A stretch of DNA of 63,671 bases, counting the filler, from Phoronis australis (taxonomy: Eukaryota; Animalia; Phoronida): assembly GCA_002633005.1 (NCBI GenBank). It is 8 parts of 8 records of this genome, joined end to end, with 100 filler letters (N's around TTAATTAATTAA, not from the genome) between each part and the next. Parts side by side here need not be neighbours in the genome. Positions count along the whole stretch, not along the records: positions 36,615 to 43,253 come from NMRA01002135.1; positions 43,354 to 46,750 come from NMRA01002071.1; positions 46,851 to 50,361 come from NMRA01000797.1; positions 50,462 to 53,515 come from NMRA01003253.1; 4 more parts are not named here. One strand, 5' to 3'. A model generated the notes under the pieces. The model saw only the letters and a list, made by a program, of their open reading frames with translations. It did no database searches and was not told the DNA's origin. Position 1 is the first letter of the stretch. Every line of letters starts with the position of its first letter. Position numbers and translations under genes: made by a program. This document shows positions 38,557 through 51,105 of this stretch, in pieces.

Positions 38557-40562
38557 CTGCAAAATTGAATGACATAGAATTGCAGGAGTAATAAAAACGC
38601 TGACTTAAAGTGATCTTGCAAGAAAATCAGTTTCTGTAAAAAAATTAGAAATACAAGAAGCGATAAACAGGTATGAAAAATGTGATCCATTATAGCTTAG
38701 GATTCACAGGTCTATGTACACAATGCACAACATCTACAACGAACACTGTGTCTCTGTTATCAATTTCTGCTAAACTGGTATGACTTGAGGATTTCAGTTA
38801 CAAAACTATGTAGAAAATTGTGGAAGGAGTTGATCTCTCTGTGGCCCAATTCAAAACCCTTAAAATAATTCCTCATAAAACCTTACAAAAAACACACACC
38901 ATGTTCATTCTAGACAAGGCTGGAACTAGTCTCAAAAGAATTTTCATTCTGATGTTAAGGAATTCCTAGACAAATGTCCAAATTTGACTAAGTTCAGAGC
39001 ATCATATCACAAAAATGGCTGTCCAGACCAGATTCGTATGAAACTTTATGACTATGCTTTAAGCATAGTTCTCCAAAATGCTTTTACAAATTGTTTTTAA
39101 ATTGAATCGCATTTGCTTGAGGGGCTATCAAAAACTGGGCATTTCTAATTTCGATGGAAAACTTACAAAAAGACTGCATAAAATGATAACAATGATTATG
39201 ATAAAAACTGTTGTTTTTGACATTTCATCTTAAACATTTCCATTAAACAAATTTTGGTCACATTCTTGATACTATTGTTTTGCTATCATAATAGTACTTT
39301 TCATTTTTTGATAAAATTTGTGTATCGATCAATAAATGCCTGCAATTCGAGATCAGCCAATCAACATATTACCAGACAGTGTTTGAGGGTGTTCTAATTT
39401 GACAACTGCTCGACTGGTGGGGTTGTTTTTTTTTTGTTTTTTTTTGTATAAAATTGGCAATATTAAGCCATTAAAGCACTTTTTACCACGTGCAGAAAGT
39501 TACACACAACCAATTTTTTGGCTGTTTAGGACCTTACTGGCAAGCAGCAATGACTGCTTCCCAGGGTTTACATGCTGGATAACAGCACTGTATTCCATAT
39601 ATACAAGAATCTTGTAAAAACCCCCGAGTCACGCAAGTCTTCATGAGATATTGCCATGTACCAACAGCAAAACTCAAGATCACACTACTAGTAGCTTATC
39701 TTGTGAGTGCCTTGCATCTACGGAACATAATCTATTAGTTCATTATTTCTAACGGTACGGAAAGTGTCACACAATAAGTCTGTGTTTATTGTTTTCATTT
39801 ACGGAGTCAAGTTACGGAGTCAAGAGACTAAAAAAGAGATGGCGACAATAGACAACAAATTTGGAAATGTCGATTTCCCTTGCTTGACTGTTGTATAGAA
39901 CGAAATTAACGTGAATCTCAGAATTACAAACTTCCTATAAAACCAACAGCTAGATAGCAGCTCCTAAACATGCTATCTTCTGCCATGTCTTAGAGGCATG
40001 ATGAAGTGCTGCATTCCCTTGGTATGAAACACAGGTCTAAAAATCAAGGGGAGGTCCTCAAGCCAATTACGCATATTCAAGAACAAAATTTTAGCAGCAT
40101 CGTGTAGACCTTTTGCCCGCACCACCACTTTGGGTAAATAACCTTGGAATTTTTTGTCACTTCAAATGCAAGAATTAACTTAGAAATCGGGCAGAATAAA
40201 AACCATGCACTGCTTGTAATTTCTACATCAAGACAATTGCGTGCATTTTGGGAGCTTATGTTAGCATTCATGGAAATATGGTGTGGTGCTTTCAAGAACC
40301 AAGACTTGATTGTAAGAGCAGGCATGTAACCAAACACGAGCTCTTAAAAGTGAATATTATGAAATTGGGGTTTAGCTGAATGTGAGATTTAAAGCAGATG
40401 AGTATGGTAATTGTATCTTTCAAGGCATTTTAGAAATCTAGAATTTCGTCCTAACATCCTTCAACTCTGAATGTCTCAAATTACCATTGCACAGCTATAA
40501 GTTCTAAAATGCAGGACCTTATTGACAAGTCTATACATTTAGCTAAAAATCTAAAAAACTAA

Positions 40563-41999
40563 GGGCTGTTCCAGTAAAATCTGTGTGGGAGGGGGGGAAC
40601 GGCAGTAGAAATAAAAATTCATGGGTGGTGGTCTTCAGAAAAAAACTCAAATTATGGGTGGTCGTTCCTGTAAGAAGTGATGCATTAAAAATGGGTGGTA
40701 TTTTTTGACCTGTTAATGTTGAAAGTTTGGTTACTTCAGCCATCAAAACTCAAAAAAATGCAATTGGCATATATCCTAACTTATCCAAATACAAACAAGA
40801 GCAACGCAGAGCGTTGAAATGCGCCCACAATTGCACCGCATACGGTATCCTTCTAGGGTTGTTTATTGGTACCATAAAGTGGCTAGTAGAGGGCATATAT
40901 GTGGTATGTTGTACTTTGCAAAATGGAAAGGCATGGTCCTTGTCTCCTCAATAGGCTAGGGGCAAAATGTGAGCAATCTTCATAATACAAGCACATCCTA
41001 TACACCAGTTGCTTAAAGCACCACAGAAACATAGCATTAAAAACAAATTTACCAGCATACGAGATTAGCACAGCATTAGAATGCCAGAAACAAATTTCTA
41101 CTTGGAACTTTTCCTTCATAGTCACGAAGTAACACAAAGTACACACCTGAAGAAAATACAGAGGTCAATGTAAAATACTAAAATTGCCACTAGAGGCAAA
41201 TACTAAAATTGCCACTAGAGGAATACCGGTAGTCAGAATCATCCTAAAGTCGTCATCGTCCGTTNNNNNNNNNNNNNNNNNNNNNNNNNNNNNNNNNNNN
41301 NNNNNNNNNNNNNNNNNNNNNNNNNNNNNNNNNNNNNNNNNNNNNNNNNNNNNNNNNNNNNNNNNNNNNNNNNNNNNNNNNNNNNNNNNNNNNNNNNNNN
41401 NNNNNNNNNNNNNNNNNNNNNNNNNNNNNNNNNNNNNNNNNNNNNNNNNNNNNNNNNNNNNNNNNNNNNNNNNNNNNNNNNNNNNNNNNNNNNNNNNNNN
41501 NNNNNNNNNNNNNNNNNNNNNNNNNNNNNNNNNNNNNNNNNNNNNNNNNNNNNNNNNNNNNNNNNNNNNNNNNNNNNNNNNNNNNNNNNNNNNNNNNNNN
41601 NNNNNNNNNNNNNNNNNNNNNNNNNNNNNNNNNNNNNNNNNNNNNNNNNNNNNNNNNNNNNNNNNNNNNNNNNNNNNNNNNNNNNNNNNNNNNNNNNNNN
41701 NNNNNNNNNNNNNNNNNNNNNNNNNNNNNNNNNNNNNNNNNNNNNNNNNNNNNNNNNNNNNNNNNNNNNNNNNNNNNNNNNNNNNNNNNNNNNNNNNNNN
41801 NNNNNNNNNNNNNNNNNNTCTTAACAGGTCCTCCTGGAGGCAATTTGTTTGCAAGTGTTGGATTTTATATTTTAACCTATTAAAAATAATTAAAAAATTA
41901 TGGGTCATGGGTTGGAGAAACAAATGAAAAATATGGGTGGTGGGTACGAAATAAAAGTGCATTCCCCCCCCTCCCATACAGATTTTGCTGGAACAGCCC
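40563..41999. mobile_element. Second, inverted copy or copies of the Tourist-like MITE, spanning a gap
   Basis: Same TIRs at 40563 and 41999, each flanked by TAA. The interior holds unrelated sequence and a 554-N gap. Confidence 0.65.
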
Positions 42000-43353
42000 T
42001 AACAGAATTTAACTCAGAAACAGTATTTATTTTCTGAAAGCAGAAATTATGCATAATTTGCACCAATCTGTCATTAATAAGCTCAAGTGACCATGCTTTT
42101 TGGTAAAGTTTAGAAATTAAAAAGAAAGATACAGGCTCAGTAACATGACCAAATTTTGCCTGATATAAATGTTCAAGATAAAAAATAGAAAATGCTGTAG
42201 TTAGTTTTCCAAATTATTGTTTCGTTTTCGCTTCATGCACCCCTAAAGTTTTTTGACAAAAACCATACGTCCTGTTTTCTGATAGCCCCTCATGCAAAAG
42301 TGGGACATGTTAAAACCAATTGCTAACAGCGTGTTGCAGAACAGTGCATAAAGCATAATATCTGAAAGTGTCATGCGAGTGTGTTCAGCCACATTGGAGA
42401 TATGACATTACGAAGTTGGCCAAAACTGAACATTTTTCTAGGTTCCTACATAACCTTAGGTGAACTGCCAGGGTCTCTCAGGTTACAAATTTCCCTTTTG
42501 CCCTTATTACATTCAGTATAAGGAAACTGTTGCTTCAACATTTCTGGAAACAAACAACCTTCCCAGTAATACAATCTCCACCAGTTTCAGTTCTTGTACT
42601 ATGAAAAGCACTTTATGATAATTGACGACTCATAGACAACCATCAATGATTTATCATCCAAGTAAATGCTCTCACTCACTACAGTCACTTTGATTGCAGT
42701 TTGCTATGAAACATTTTTGATCTCAGGCAAATCGTATATGATATAAATGGCTCCGCCTTCAGTCATTTTGGGGTCTGCAAATCAACAAGACCTCAGTGAA
42801 AGTCACGATGAACACCAAAGAGGCCATGGTTGCAACCACATCTGCTTTTGGTACACTAAAGTCTTTACGAATTGGTCAACGACCCAAAATCAATTGATCA
42901 ATAACCAATTTGAACTAATCAAAGGAATTGATCAGCTATATATGAATCCACCAATATCAACACTTTAAAGCATTTTAAAGGGTACTAGCAGTGTACCAGA
43001 AAATACTCCGAAATATGAGTACCAGAAACTGATTTTACTTGGAAATTGAGAATTTTTTTATTCCACGAATTTTAAAGCTGTTTTACAAGGCATGCCACAG
43101 TTTGATGTTGCGTCTAGCTGGACATAAATTAACAGATCAGTCGCCGAGTTTTCTACAGTGCACAAAGAATGCATTACACAATGAAGAAGAGCTCATTCTG
43201 TGAACACAAATTTAAAGCTGTATGCGAGTCGGTCATAGTATCCATAATTAGTTNNNNNNNNNNNNNNNNNNNNNNNNNNNNNNNNNNNNNNNNNNNNTTA
43301 ATTAATTAANNNNNNNNNNNNNNNNNNNNNNNNNNNNNNNNNNNNNNNNNNNN

Positions 43354-43490
43354 TTGAACCCATACTGTTGAACCCACACTGTTGATTCCATACTGTTGAA
43401 CCCATACCGTTGAACCCATACTGTTGAACCCACACTGTTGAACCCATACTGTTGATTCCATACTGTTGATTCCATACTGTTGAACCCGTA
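43354..43490. repeat. 14-bp minisatellite (GTTGAACCCATACT)n at a contig edge
   Basis: About 10 tandem copies directly after the spacer. Confidence 0.92.
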
Positions 43491-43605
43491 CTCAAGCGTA
43501 ACATGATATTGAAGTGGTTCACTTTAAGTTGTCAAGCAATATTGGTACCTGAGTAAGAGGTTCATATGGCTAATTTATATTATGTGCTTTATATTTTTAT
43601 TTCAG

Positions 43606-43680
43606 CTCCAGTACAAAATGGTCCATGATACTGCCTTGAAGTTCATTGAGAGTCGTCAAGCTTATTCCAACATCCCCTAA
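43606..43680 (+). CDS. Probable terminal exon of a protein tyrosine phosphatase
   Basis: Strong acceptor ttttatttcag, then LQYKMVHDTALKFIESRQAYSNIP*. Resembles the QY.F.Y..A..Y......Y.N C-terminus of receptor PTPs. AT-rich UTR-like sequence follows. Confidence 0.5.
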   Translation, partial: LQYKMVHDTALKFIESRQAYSNIP

Positions 43681-45925
43681 CCAACTAAGAATATCTTGTA
43701 ATCTTCTTTGTGCAAACCACAAAGTGAAGGTTATAAGTTGTAATTCTTGACTCTGTGCTTTTACCTTGTATTTTTGTTTGCTGCATTTTTATTTTTATAG
43801 TTATTATTATGTATAGCATTTATCATAAATAACATCACTTTATGAAATTATATTGAAGTTTGAAAGGAGAAGTGTGTGTTTCAACATTTTACGAAGCCAA
43901 GAAAAGGAGCTATTTCTGAAAAATTGTTTTGTGGGGTTGTTTATTTCTTGGCAATAGCTCTTGTCTTAAGGTACTATAACTGTGAAGTTGTGTATGTAAA
44001 GCTCTGATATGAGGAACATTCCTTGATTGAGTATTATTGTTCTTAATTAAATATTGACCTAATGGACTTTGTAAAGCGTCTTAGCTCTTCATAATTATTT
44101 CCAAGGTGAAAATATACCGCAAAAATTAAATATCTAGTTTGATTGATTACAAATAGTTTTTGGAATTCATGCCAGAAAGTCCGCCTAAAACTATAAAGGT
44201 GTTATGAACTGAACACACTTATCTCCACCCAAGTGGCCATTACAATGTTGTGGATGTATTGTTTAAATTTCTATACAATCAAAAGTTTATTTAGGTGTAT
44301 GTTCGTGTGTGTGTGTCAGTTTACACAGATCTTAGATTATGTTAAAGTGCTGTACTATACCTCTCGTCTCTGTTATATCTGATATTTTTAAAAGCTTTGC
44401 TATTTTGTGTTAATCAGATTTATTACTTGTATTAAAATTTTAAGGGCTAGGTAGCAGATTGATTTCACAAGTTTCTCACTGGTTTTTTATGCGCTAACTG
44501 CGAAGCGATATCAAAGCTAGTCTACAATCAAACAATGAGAGTGAGAACGTGCCAGTTTTGTCTCCTCCTGGTTGTTGTTTTTGCACACTTTCCATGCATA
44601 ATTTACACTCATTTCAATTTGGGCTCAGCTATTCATAATCCAAATGGGAAATCAAACAATTAGCCTTTGAGTCAGGGTACTTTTTAAGCTGTGTTTAGTT
44701 ACACAGTTCAACTGGAACACCTGTATGACAAAGAACAGGATTCACAAACAGCTGCTTTCATTGACCTTGCAAGCCAATTTCAAAAGGCCTGTCGTCTGTG
44801 AATGGCATCCATGATTTACAACTGTCTGTAAAATTCTAAGTCACTATGCAGACTAGTTGCCCCCTCCAAGCTCAAAATGTTTCACAAGAGTAATGGTTCA
44901 CATAGTACCTTGCGATATGCCAGACGTTATGCACTGTGCACACCTTTATCAAGGACAGAGCTTGAACATGCTTTGATACCATGGCATTCAATGACTTGCA
45001 TTGCCTGCAGTCGCATGTATTCGTGCAAATCTGATATTACCCTAATTACCATTGTAATAGCCTATTTTTTATTTTGTGGCGACATGATGACATTTGCCGT
45101 AGTCAAATTTGCAATGCCATCTACAGTTCATTTGTAAACTGGACGGGTATTTTAAAGCAGTGGAATTTCAGTGTTTCTTAAGTCTCATGCTATTGTTGTG
45201 AAATGTTGTATGGAGTCATAATCAAATGGTTAACATAGAAACAAGGTTGACAAATGGATGTTTAATGCAAGTATTTTTATACTGCCATAAAATATTGTTT
45301 TCTGTGCCCATTTTACAGAGTCTTGTGTTGTATTACCTTTTATACTTAATTACTAACGCCATGATACATTATTCGATAACCATGTCGTGTTTTACTCTGC
45401 AACATAGCTCATCTCATATTGGAGAGCGTGACCGACATTTAGTTTAACCAGGTCCTCTGTGGAGCACCTTAGTGGAAGTTGAGTTTTCTTTTTCATTGCT
45501 TCACAAATAAATGACAATACATTAAATACACCAAAAAGCAAACTGTTATATTCAAGCATTTTAACTTTAACCCAATGACGTACAAAACATAATGTTGAGC
45601 AACTATGCCAAACGTAAAGAAAACAAGACAAGAACAAATTCATACGGTAATAGAGCAGGACAGATTTTGAAAATGTAACCACATATGATGGTTGGATTGT
45701 AGGTTGCGAAAGAGCTGTTCACGCTCAGCATTATAGATGGGGCATAAAATCAAGTAGTGAGCATCACTATTAATTACACCTCAGGTACATTTATAGACAA
45801 ATTGGCAAAGTTATGTTAGAACTTCACTGAAGTGAGGTACAACCCCGCTCTTAATTGGTTACCGATGACTTCTTTTTCACGCATTAAACAATTTAGTAGC
45901 AGGAAGAGGTGTGAGACTATCACCT

Positions 45926-46060
45926 TTAAGAATGATTTAACACTTCCAGTGGTAAACTATTCCATAAAAGCAAACCAGCAATAATTGGAGTTTTTCTAAA
46001 TGATTGCGGATATTGGTGTGGAATTAAATATTCGCTAGTAGCTGATAGAAGACGTGTCTC
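45926..46060 (-). mobile_element. LINE (CR1/L2-like) ORF2 3' tail remnant
   Basis: SFRKTPIIAGLLLWNSLPLEV resembles the LWNSLP motif at the end of LINE ORF2. Confidence 0.45.
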
Positions 46061-46369
46061 GTTTACGCCGATTAATAATAGCTTAGTTTGATGTGTTATT
46101 AATTTCGTGAATAACTGTATATCAATCGAACTGATTTCATAGCAGGGGCAGAAAAGTACAGTCGAGAGAACCAAGGACTTTAAAGGAGAATGCCACCCGA
46201 TTTAATTAGTCTTTTTTTACCGTCTTAATCGGTCTATATCCACATCGCTTCTTGTACGGTCGACCTCACCTTGCCGAGAGGTGTCGCGTTAACCCGTGAG
46301 GAAGGTGAGAAACGACGCAGCGACGTCAGTGGTGTTGAAATATATCACTTTTGGTTGCAAAAAAAGAAA

Positions 46370-46750
46370 TCACAACACGTGGTGAGAATGACCCAATCTA
46401 TTGTGCCAAAAAATATATCCAGATGTCGATCTACGTACGATATCTCCTCTCCAGTCGGAGTCGGAATATCCAACACAGTCCGAGAGCTCACTACTTGGAA
46501 ATCGCAATCCGAAATTAGGCGTTCCTTTCAAGTATCGCATCATCCGCTTAACAGCAGACCAGTGCTGTTCGGTGGGTTTCGAGCAGAACTGAGAAACACG
46601 ACTCACTGCAAATGCTATATCTGGCCTTGTCCACTGACTCAGATATAGTAAACTTCCAACAGCAGACTGATATAATTCCTGATCAAAAGTAGCAACATCA
46701 TTTGGTTCAAGTTTTAAACCCATTTCCATAGGGGTACTGACTGGCTTACA
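46370..46750 (-). mobile_element. Ty1/Copia pol fragment (RT end to RNase H start)
   Basis: YQSAVGSLLYL, TRPDIAFAVS, HWSAVKRMMRYLKGT and GYSDSDW.GD..RRSTSGYIF. Cut by the spacer at 46751. Confidence 0.92.
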
Positions 46751-48019
46751 NNNNNNNNNNNNNNNNNNNNNNNNNNNNNNNNNNNNNNNNNNNNTTAATT
46801 AATTAANNNNNNNNNNNNNNNNNNNNNNNNNNNNNNNNNNNNNNNNNNNNGTACGAATCCATAAAACCTTTTACACGCACAATTAAATGCGCAAAACTGC
46901 TCCTGTATTTCTTAAACCTTTAATTTAATGCTCAAGCTATAGAACGAGTGCGTGTTGAAACACAACATTGACCTTGGACCAACAATGGACTCCTTGCATC
47001 AGGACTTTAGTAAGCGGGGAGAGGGCGAGTGCCACCCCAAAAAATTGCATGCCTCAGGGTTAAACCATGGCAACCGACGAAGGTGTGGGGATGGGGAAAG
47101 ACAAAAAGGAAAAACTTCGAATACTAATCACAGAGAAAACTCAAGAGAACTTTGAAAACTCGGTATCAGTGTATGATTTACCATTTGAGGGCCCTGACCA
47201 GGACAATTGTTGTTAGGGTCTCCGTTTTTGCAGCATAGCGCTCTTGAAAATGTGCACTTGACCATTCATAACTGTATTTCCAAAATTCGAGAAAATTTGT
47301 ACAGCAAAAATTTTGCGGAGCGTATTAAAGGAGCACGCCACCCAAAAACAACCTAATTTGTATCAATTTAGATCGAGTAGTTCTACTCCATAACGGTTGC
47401 GTTACCTGACACCTGACGGCAGATTGAGGTTTTGAAATTATCCAATGACGTAATTGGTTTCACACGCAGTCAGTTCAGCAGTTCACAACACGGGTTACTG
47501 GTGTCAGCTTATCGCTTGAATTCATCGTTTTACACCAATAAATCATCAAACTTCGATGTAAAACCCTTAAAAATACACCGAGTTCGTATAAAAACGTGTT
47601 TTATTTCGCTCTTACGGATTTATTGGTATTTGGACACGGCCGTAGCCTACAACGGCTCGGCATTCCAATAAGGTCCGTAGCAGGAGTTTGGGGTCTTTTC
47701 GGAGATAAATTAGAAGTATTTTTCCGTGAGATACAGACAGGAGAACCTAGTCTGTGCTGTTTAGAATTGTGATTTTTTGAGTTCTTAACTCGCAAAACGC
47801 TCGTTATCGGGCTCGGAGCCCGGTCAGGCCCGTCGCGGCCGGCCGGATTGACTCGTTATCCCGACCAGTGGCTCGGAAACTGATCAGACATCACGAACAT
47901 AAACCAGCCAAAGTTGGAAACTAAACTTCTAGTTAGGAAAATACTATACTAGTGAGCCAAAGTAATGTGCACGTGATTATGTTGGTGAATTAGCCACGAA
48001 ACTGCAAATCTACTTACTC

Positions 48020-48278
48020 GTCGGGGCCGCGAATTTGCGCACACCCAGCCTTCAATATGGGGGGGCTCGAATTCCTGACGTTGTGGACCTTTTGGTAACA
48101 AAAAAGCGGGTGAGCTAAAAAAACGGGGCACCACTGTGAACTGCGCGATTGTGCTTATTTAGAGGACTTTAGTTTCATTTTCTCGGACTTTTTGTTTCCC
48201 AGAGGCTTACCTTTTTGTCCACTTCGCCACTTTGCCCTAGCTCGTTCGAGCCCCTGAGCCCCCCTGGGTGCGCGCATG
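48020..48278. mobile_element. GC-rich MITE, inverted homolog of 14692-14950
   Basis: CCCAGCC...GGGGGGCTCGAAT...GGACCTTTT...CCCCCTGGGTGCGCGCATG. Confidence 0.6.
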
Positions 48279-48873
48279 GTCAGGGCAGAAGCTGTACATT
48301 GACAATCATTATTTGAATAATGTTAATATAAATAAAGGTTCCCCTAACACCTGGCCGTGGGATGGAAATCTAGTTGTTTCACAACAGTTTCTGCCATCTA
48401 ACACTAAATTAGCATGAGCTCACACGGCCTCGGTGTCCCGTCAATTAGTTTTATTGCACTTAAAGCCGGTAACGCAGGGATTTATTCATTGCTGGCTTCT
48501 CAAATCATGTTTGCACTCAGGAACACTCCAAAGGCATTACAAATTGCATCTAATGAGACAGACTTTGTTTCAGTTTTATATAAGTATTGGTTAGGGTGAG
48601 AATAATTCATTTTGAAACAGAACGCTCAGTAATAAACGTCAACATGGCAACTCGCAATCCCCCGCGANCCGGCGGCAGAAGCTGGACCAGTGGCTGTGTT
48701 TCAACAATGAATTTTGATACAGCTCTATAGGCCAAGGATTTCGGGATCATATCTTTCAAAAAAATCTTAAGGAAATGACCGTAGTAAAATAAACTTTTCC
48801 CGAAACTGGGTCAAACAAAACGACCTTGGAGCCAGAACACGGGTATAGGTTCGAGTTAGACCGCACGTCTCAG

Positions 48874-48983
48874 ATGAATCATAGCGGAGCTGACCAGCGA
48901 CTAGCATTAGTTCTTCGAATTGCGCATGAATCACAGCGGAGCTGACCAGCGACTAGCATTAGTTCGTCGAATTGCGCATGCAT
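48874..48983. repeat. About 53-bp tandem duplication
   Basis: ATGAATCA(T/C)AGCGGAGCTGACCAGCGACTAGCATTAGTTC.TCGAATTGCGC occurs twice. Confidence 0.9.
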
Positions 48984-49562
48984 GGATCGGACTTCCCGGC
49001 GACTCGGACGCCACGACACCTGCCACCCGGCGGGAGCAGCTAATCATGTTCCTGACTAACACCTGCTTCTCAGATTTAAGCAAAATGACAAAGTTCACGC
49101 TTACACATATGCAAGCGTGTCCAAATACAATTAAATGTATTTTCATGTGAAACCATTCAATGTTCTTTGAACATTGACTTGTGTGAGTTCTTGATTTTCT
49201 TAGATCTGCCCAATCAGGTAGAACTTCGTTTCAAGTCATTCGCTATAGACCCTATTCACGCCGACAGGAGGCGCGTTCCAAAACGAGGCTCGCTACGATA
49301 GCTCTGTTAGCTTATCGGCATAGGAGTCTGTGTTTCAGTCCGTGTTGTTCCACGAACGGCTAGAAAAAATACGTACACGCTTCACAATCTCTAAAGACGT
49401 TTAGATTCGGAAGCGATGGGTCGTTGCCATACGCCGACGAAGCAAAATATGTCCCTGTAAAATAAATGTTTTCGAAAAGTTAGATCATATTTTGTCGCAT
49501 CTCGGTCAGTTGTCAAGCATCATAGTAACGACCAGAGAATGGGCTAGCCAGGTTGTATTTTC

Positions 49563-49856
49563 ATGACTACGGATTTAGGGGGGGGCACTAAAATTGTATC
49601 AGATCCCATTTTTGAGTTCGGGTGCGAATTGCTGACTAGCACACGTGCGCAACCAGGGGGTCTTGGGGGTGAATAAACAACGCATAGGCGCTGAATGAAC
49701 CCCGTTTACCGTTTTTTTTAGTCAACAGGTCCGCAAACCCAAGAATTCAAGACCCCTGCATCCCCAGATTTTAGGCTGGGCGCGCACATCTGCCGAAATG
49801 TTGCTTATTCCTGTGCCTGCCCCCCCCCTAATTCAAAATCCTGGATCCGCCCCTGC
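49563..49856. mobile_element. Composite GC-rich MITE
   Basis: Shares blocks with 38221-38430 and 14692-14950. Ends CCTGGATCCGCCCCTG. Confidence 0.55.
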
Positions 49857-50461
49857 TACGGGTTGAAACATTATAATTTTTCTTTCCAAAAAGGACAGAG
49901 CCCTCAATCCCTCGAATTTAGGGCCCAATATCGGCCCTATTCCCCTCTCAAAAATATTGAAATATCACGCGAAATTCCCCCCACGAGGCATAAAAATTCC
50001 CCTAGTGAAAAATCTCCCTGAGTTCACATAACCTGTAGCCACACAGGTGACAGTTTTTAAGAGCACAACAGGCTACTTTAAAATGAGACAGAGGCTATGA
50101 GAGCTTGCAACAGGGCGGGGGTGCTATTGATGGTGATCGGGAGGTAGACTGTTCCCGCCCTCACTCGGCGAAAAAATCGCCTCTCAGTAGGCACTGGCAC
50201 CTTTCCCCTCGGATGAACGAGGTTCCTGCAGAAACATGATAACTATGATTTCATTGTCCAGTTAACTGAAATTGAGTTCTAAAACGAGGTTACGTTTTGG
50301 ACGAACGAATTAGGTGTTTTAATTTTAAAATTCAACTTGGTCCAAATTGATACTTGAAATCNNNNNNNNNNNNNNNNNNNNNNNNNNNNNNNNNNNNNNN
50401 NNNNNTTAATTAATTAANNNNNNNNNNNNNNNNNNNNNNNNNNNNNNNNNNNNNNNNNNNN

Positions 50462-50570
50462 ACGGCAGACGTCCATTTCTGTACATACTGAGGTAGACTC
50501 TAATTGCTCCCATGGTCAGATTTTGGTACCTCGTTCATATATGGCAAGTGCTGTGGGCTGCCGCTATAGT
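50462..50570. repeat. Interspersed repeat end, also at 53876-53982
   Basis: ACGGCAGACGTCCATTTCTGTACATACTGAGGT...GGGCTGCCG is near-identical at both sites, both near contig starts. Confidence 0.85.
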
Positions 50571-51105
50571 AGTGTGCAGCTCCTTAGGTTAATACGTTAG
50601 GCCTGTCTGTATATTTGTATTTTCTGCATGGTTTCAGCCATACTTCCGGATGGAGTTCATGGTAGTACCTTTTTAGCTCGTTACCGGGGAGCGGAAACGA
50701 TCCCATAGCAACGCCTCTAAATTCCAGCTTCGATCTCCTATGCACCATCTCCCGAATCAGCAAATGACCAAACACGCTGTGTATTAAATTTCATAACAAC
50801 GCACCTAAACTCCACACACGCTCCATAATTGATGACCAAACGTCTTTCCAAATTCCAGTCCCAGATCCTTGGTCTCCACGCGTGGAATATTGTTGGCGTA
50901 TGTGTGGAGTTCAAGTTGTTTTTTGTCCTTTTGGACTAGGGTTAAAGGGATAGTAGCTGTAGCAGATGCGCGGCCAAGGAATAATTTTCATTTCCAAGTT
51001 GTGCACGGGACGTTAGACCTTATTTTGCTCAATTTTGCCAAGCGCGCAAACGTAAGCTCATGTGCATAAAGTATAGTACTTTCATGCTTTTGTTTTGCAT
51101 TTCAG

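Noticed and set aside
41165-41977. Long ORFs here and at 2255-2622
   Set aside because: They are open only because they cross N gaps.
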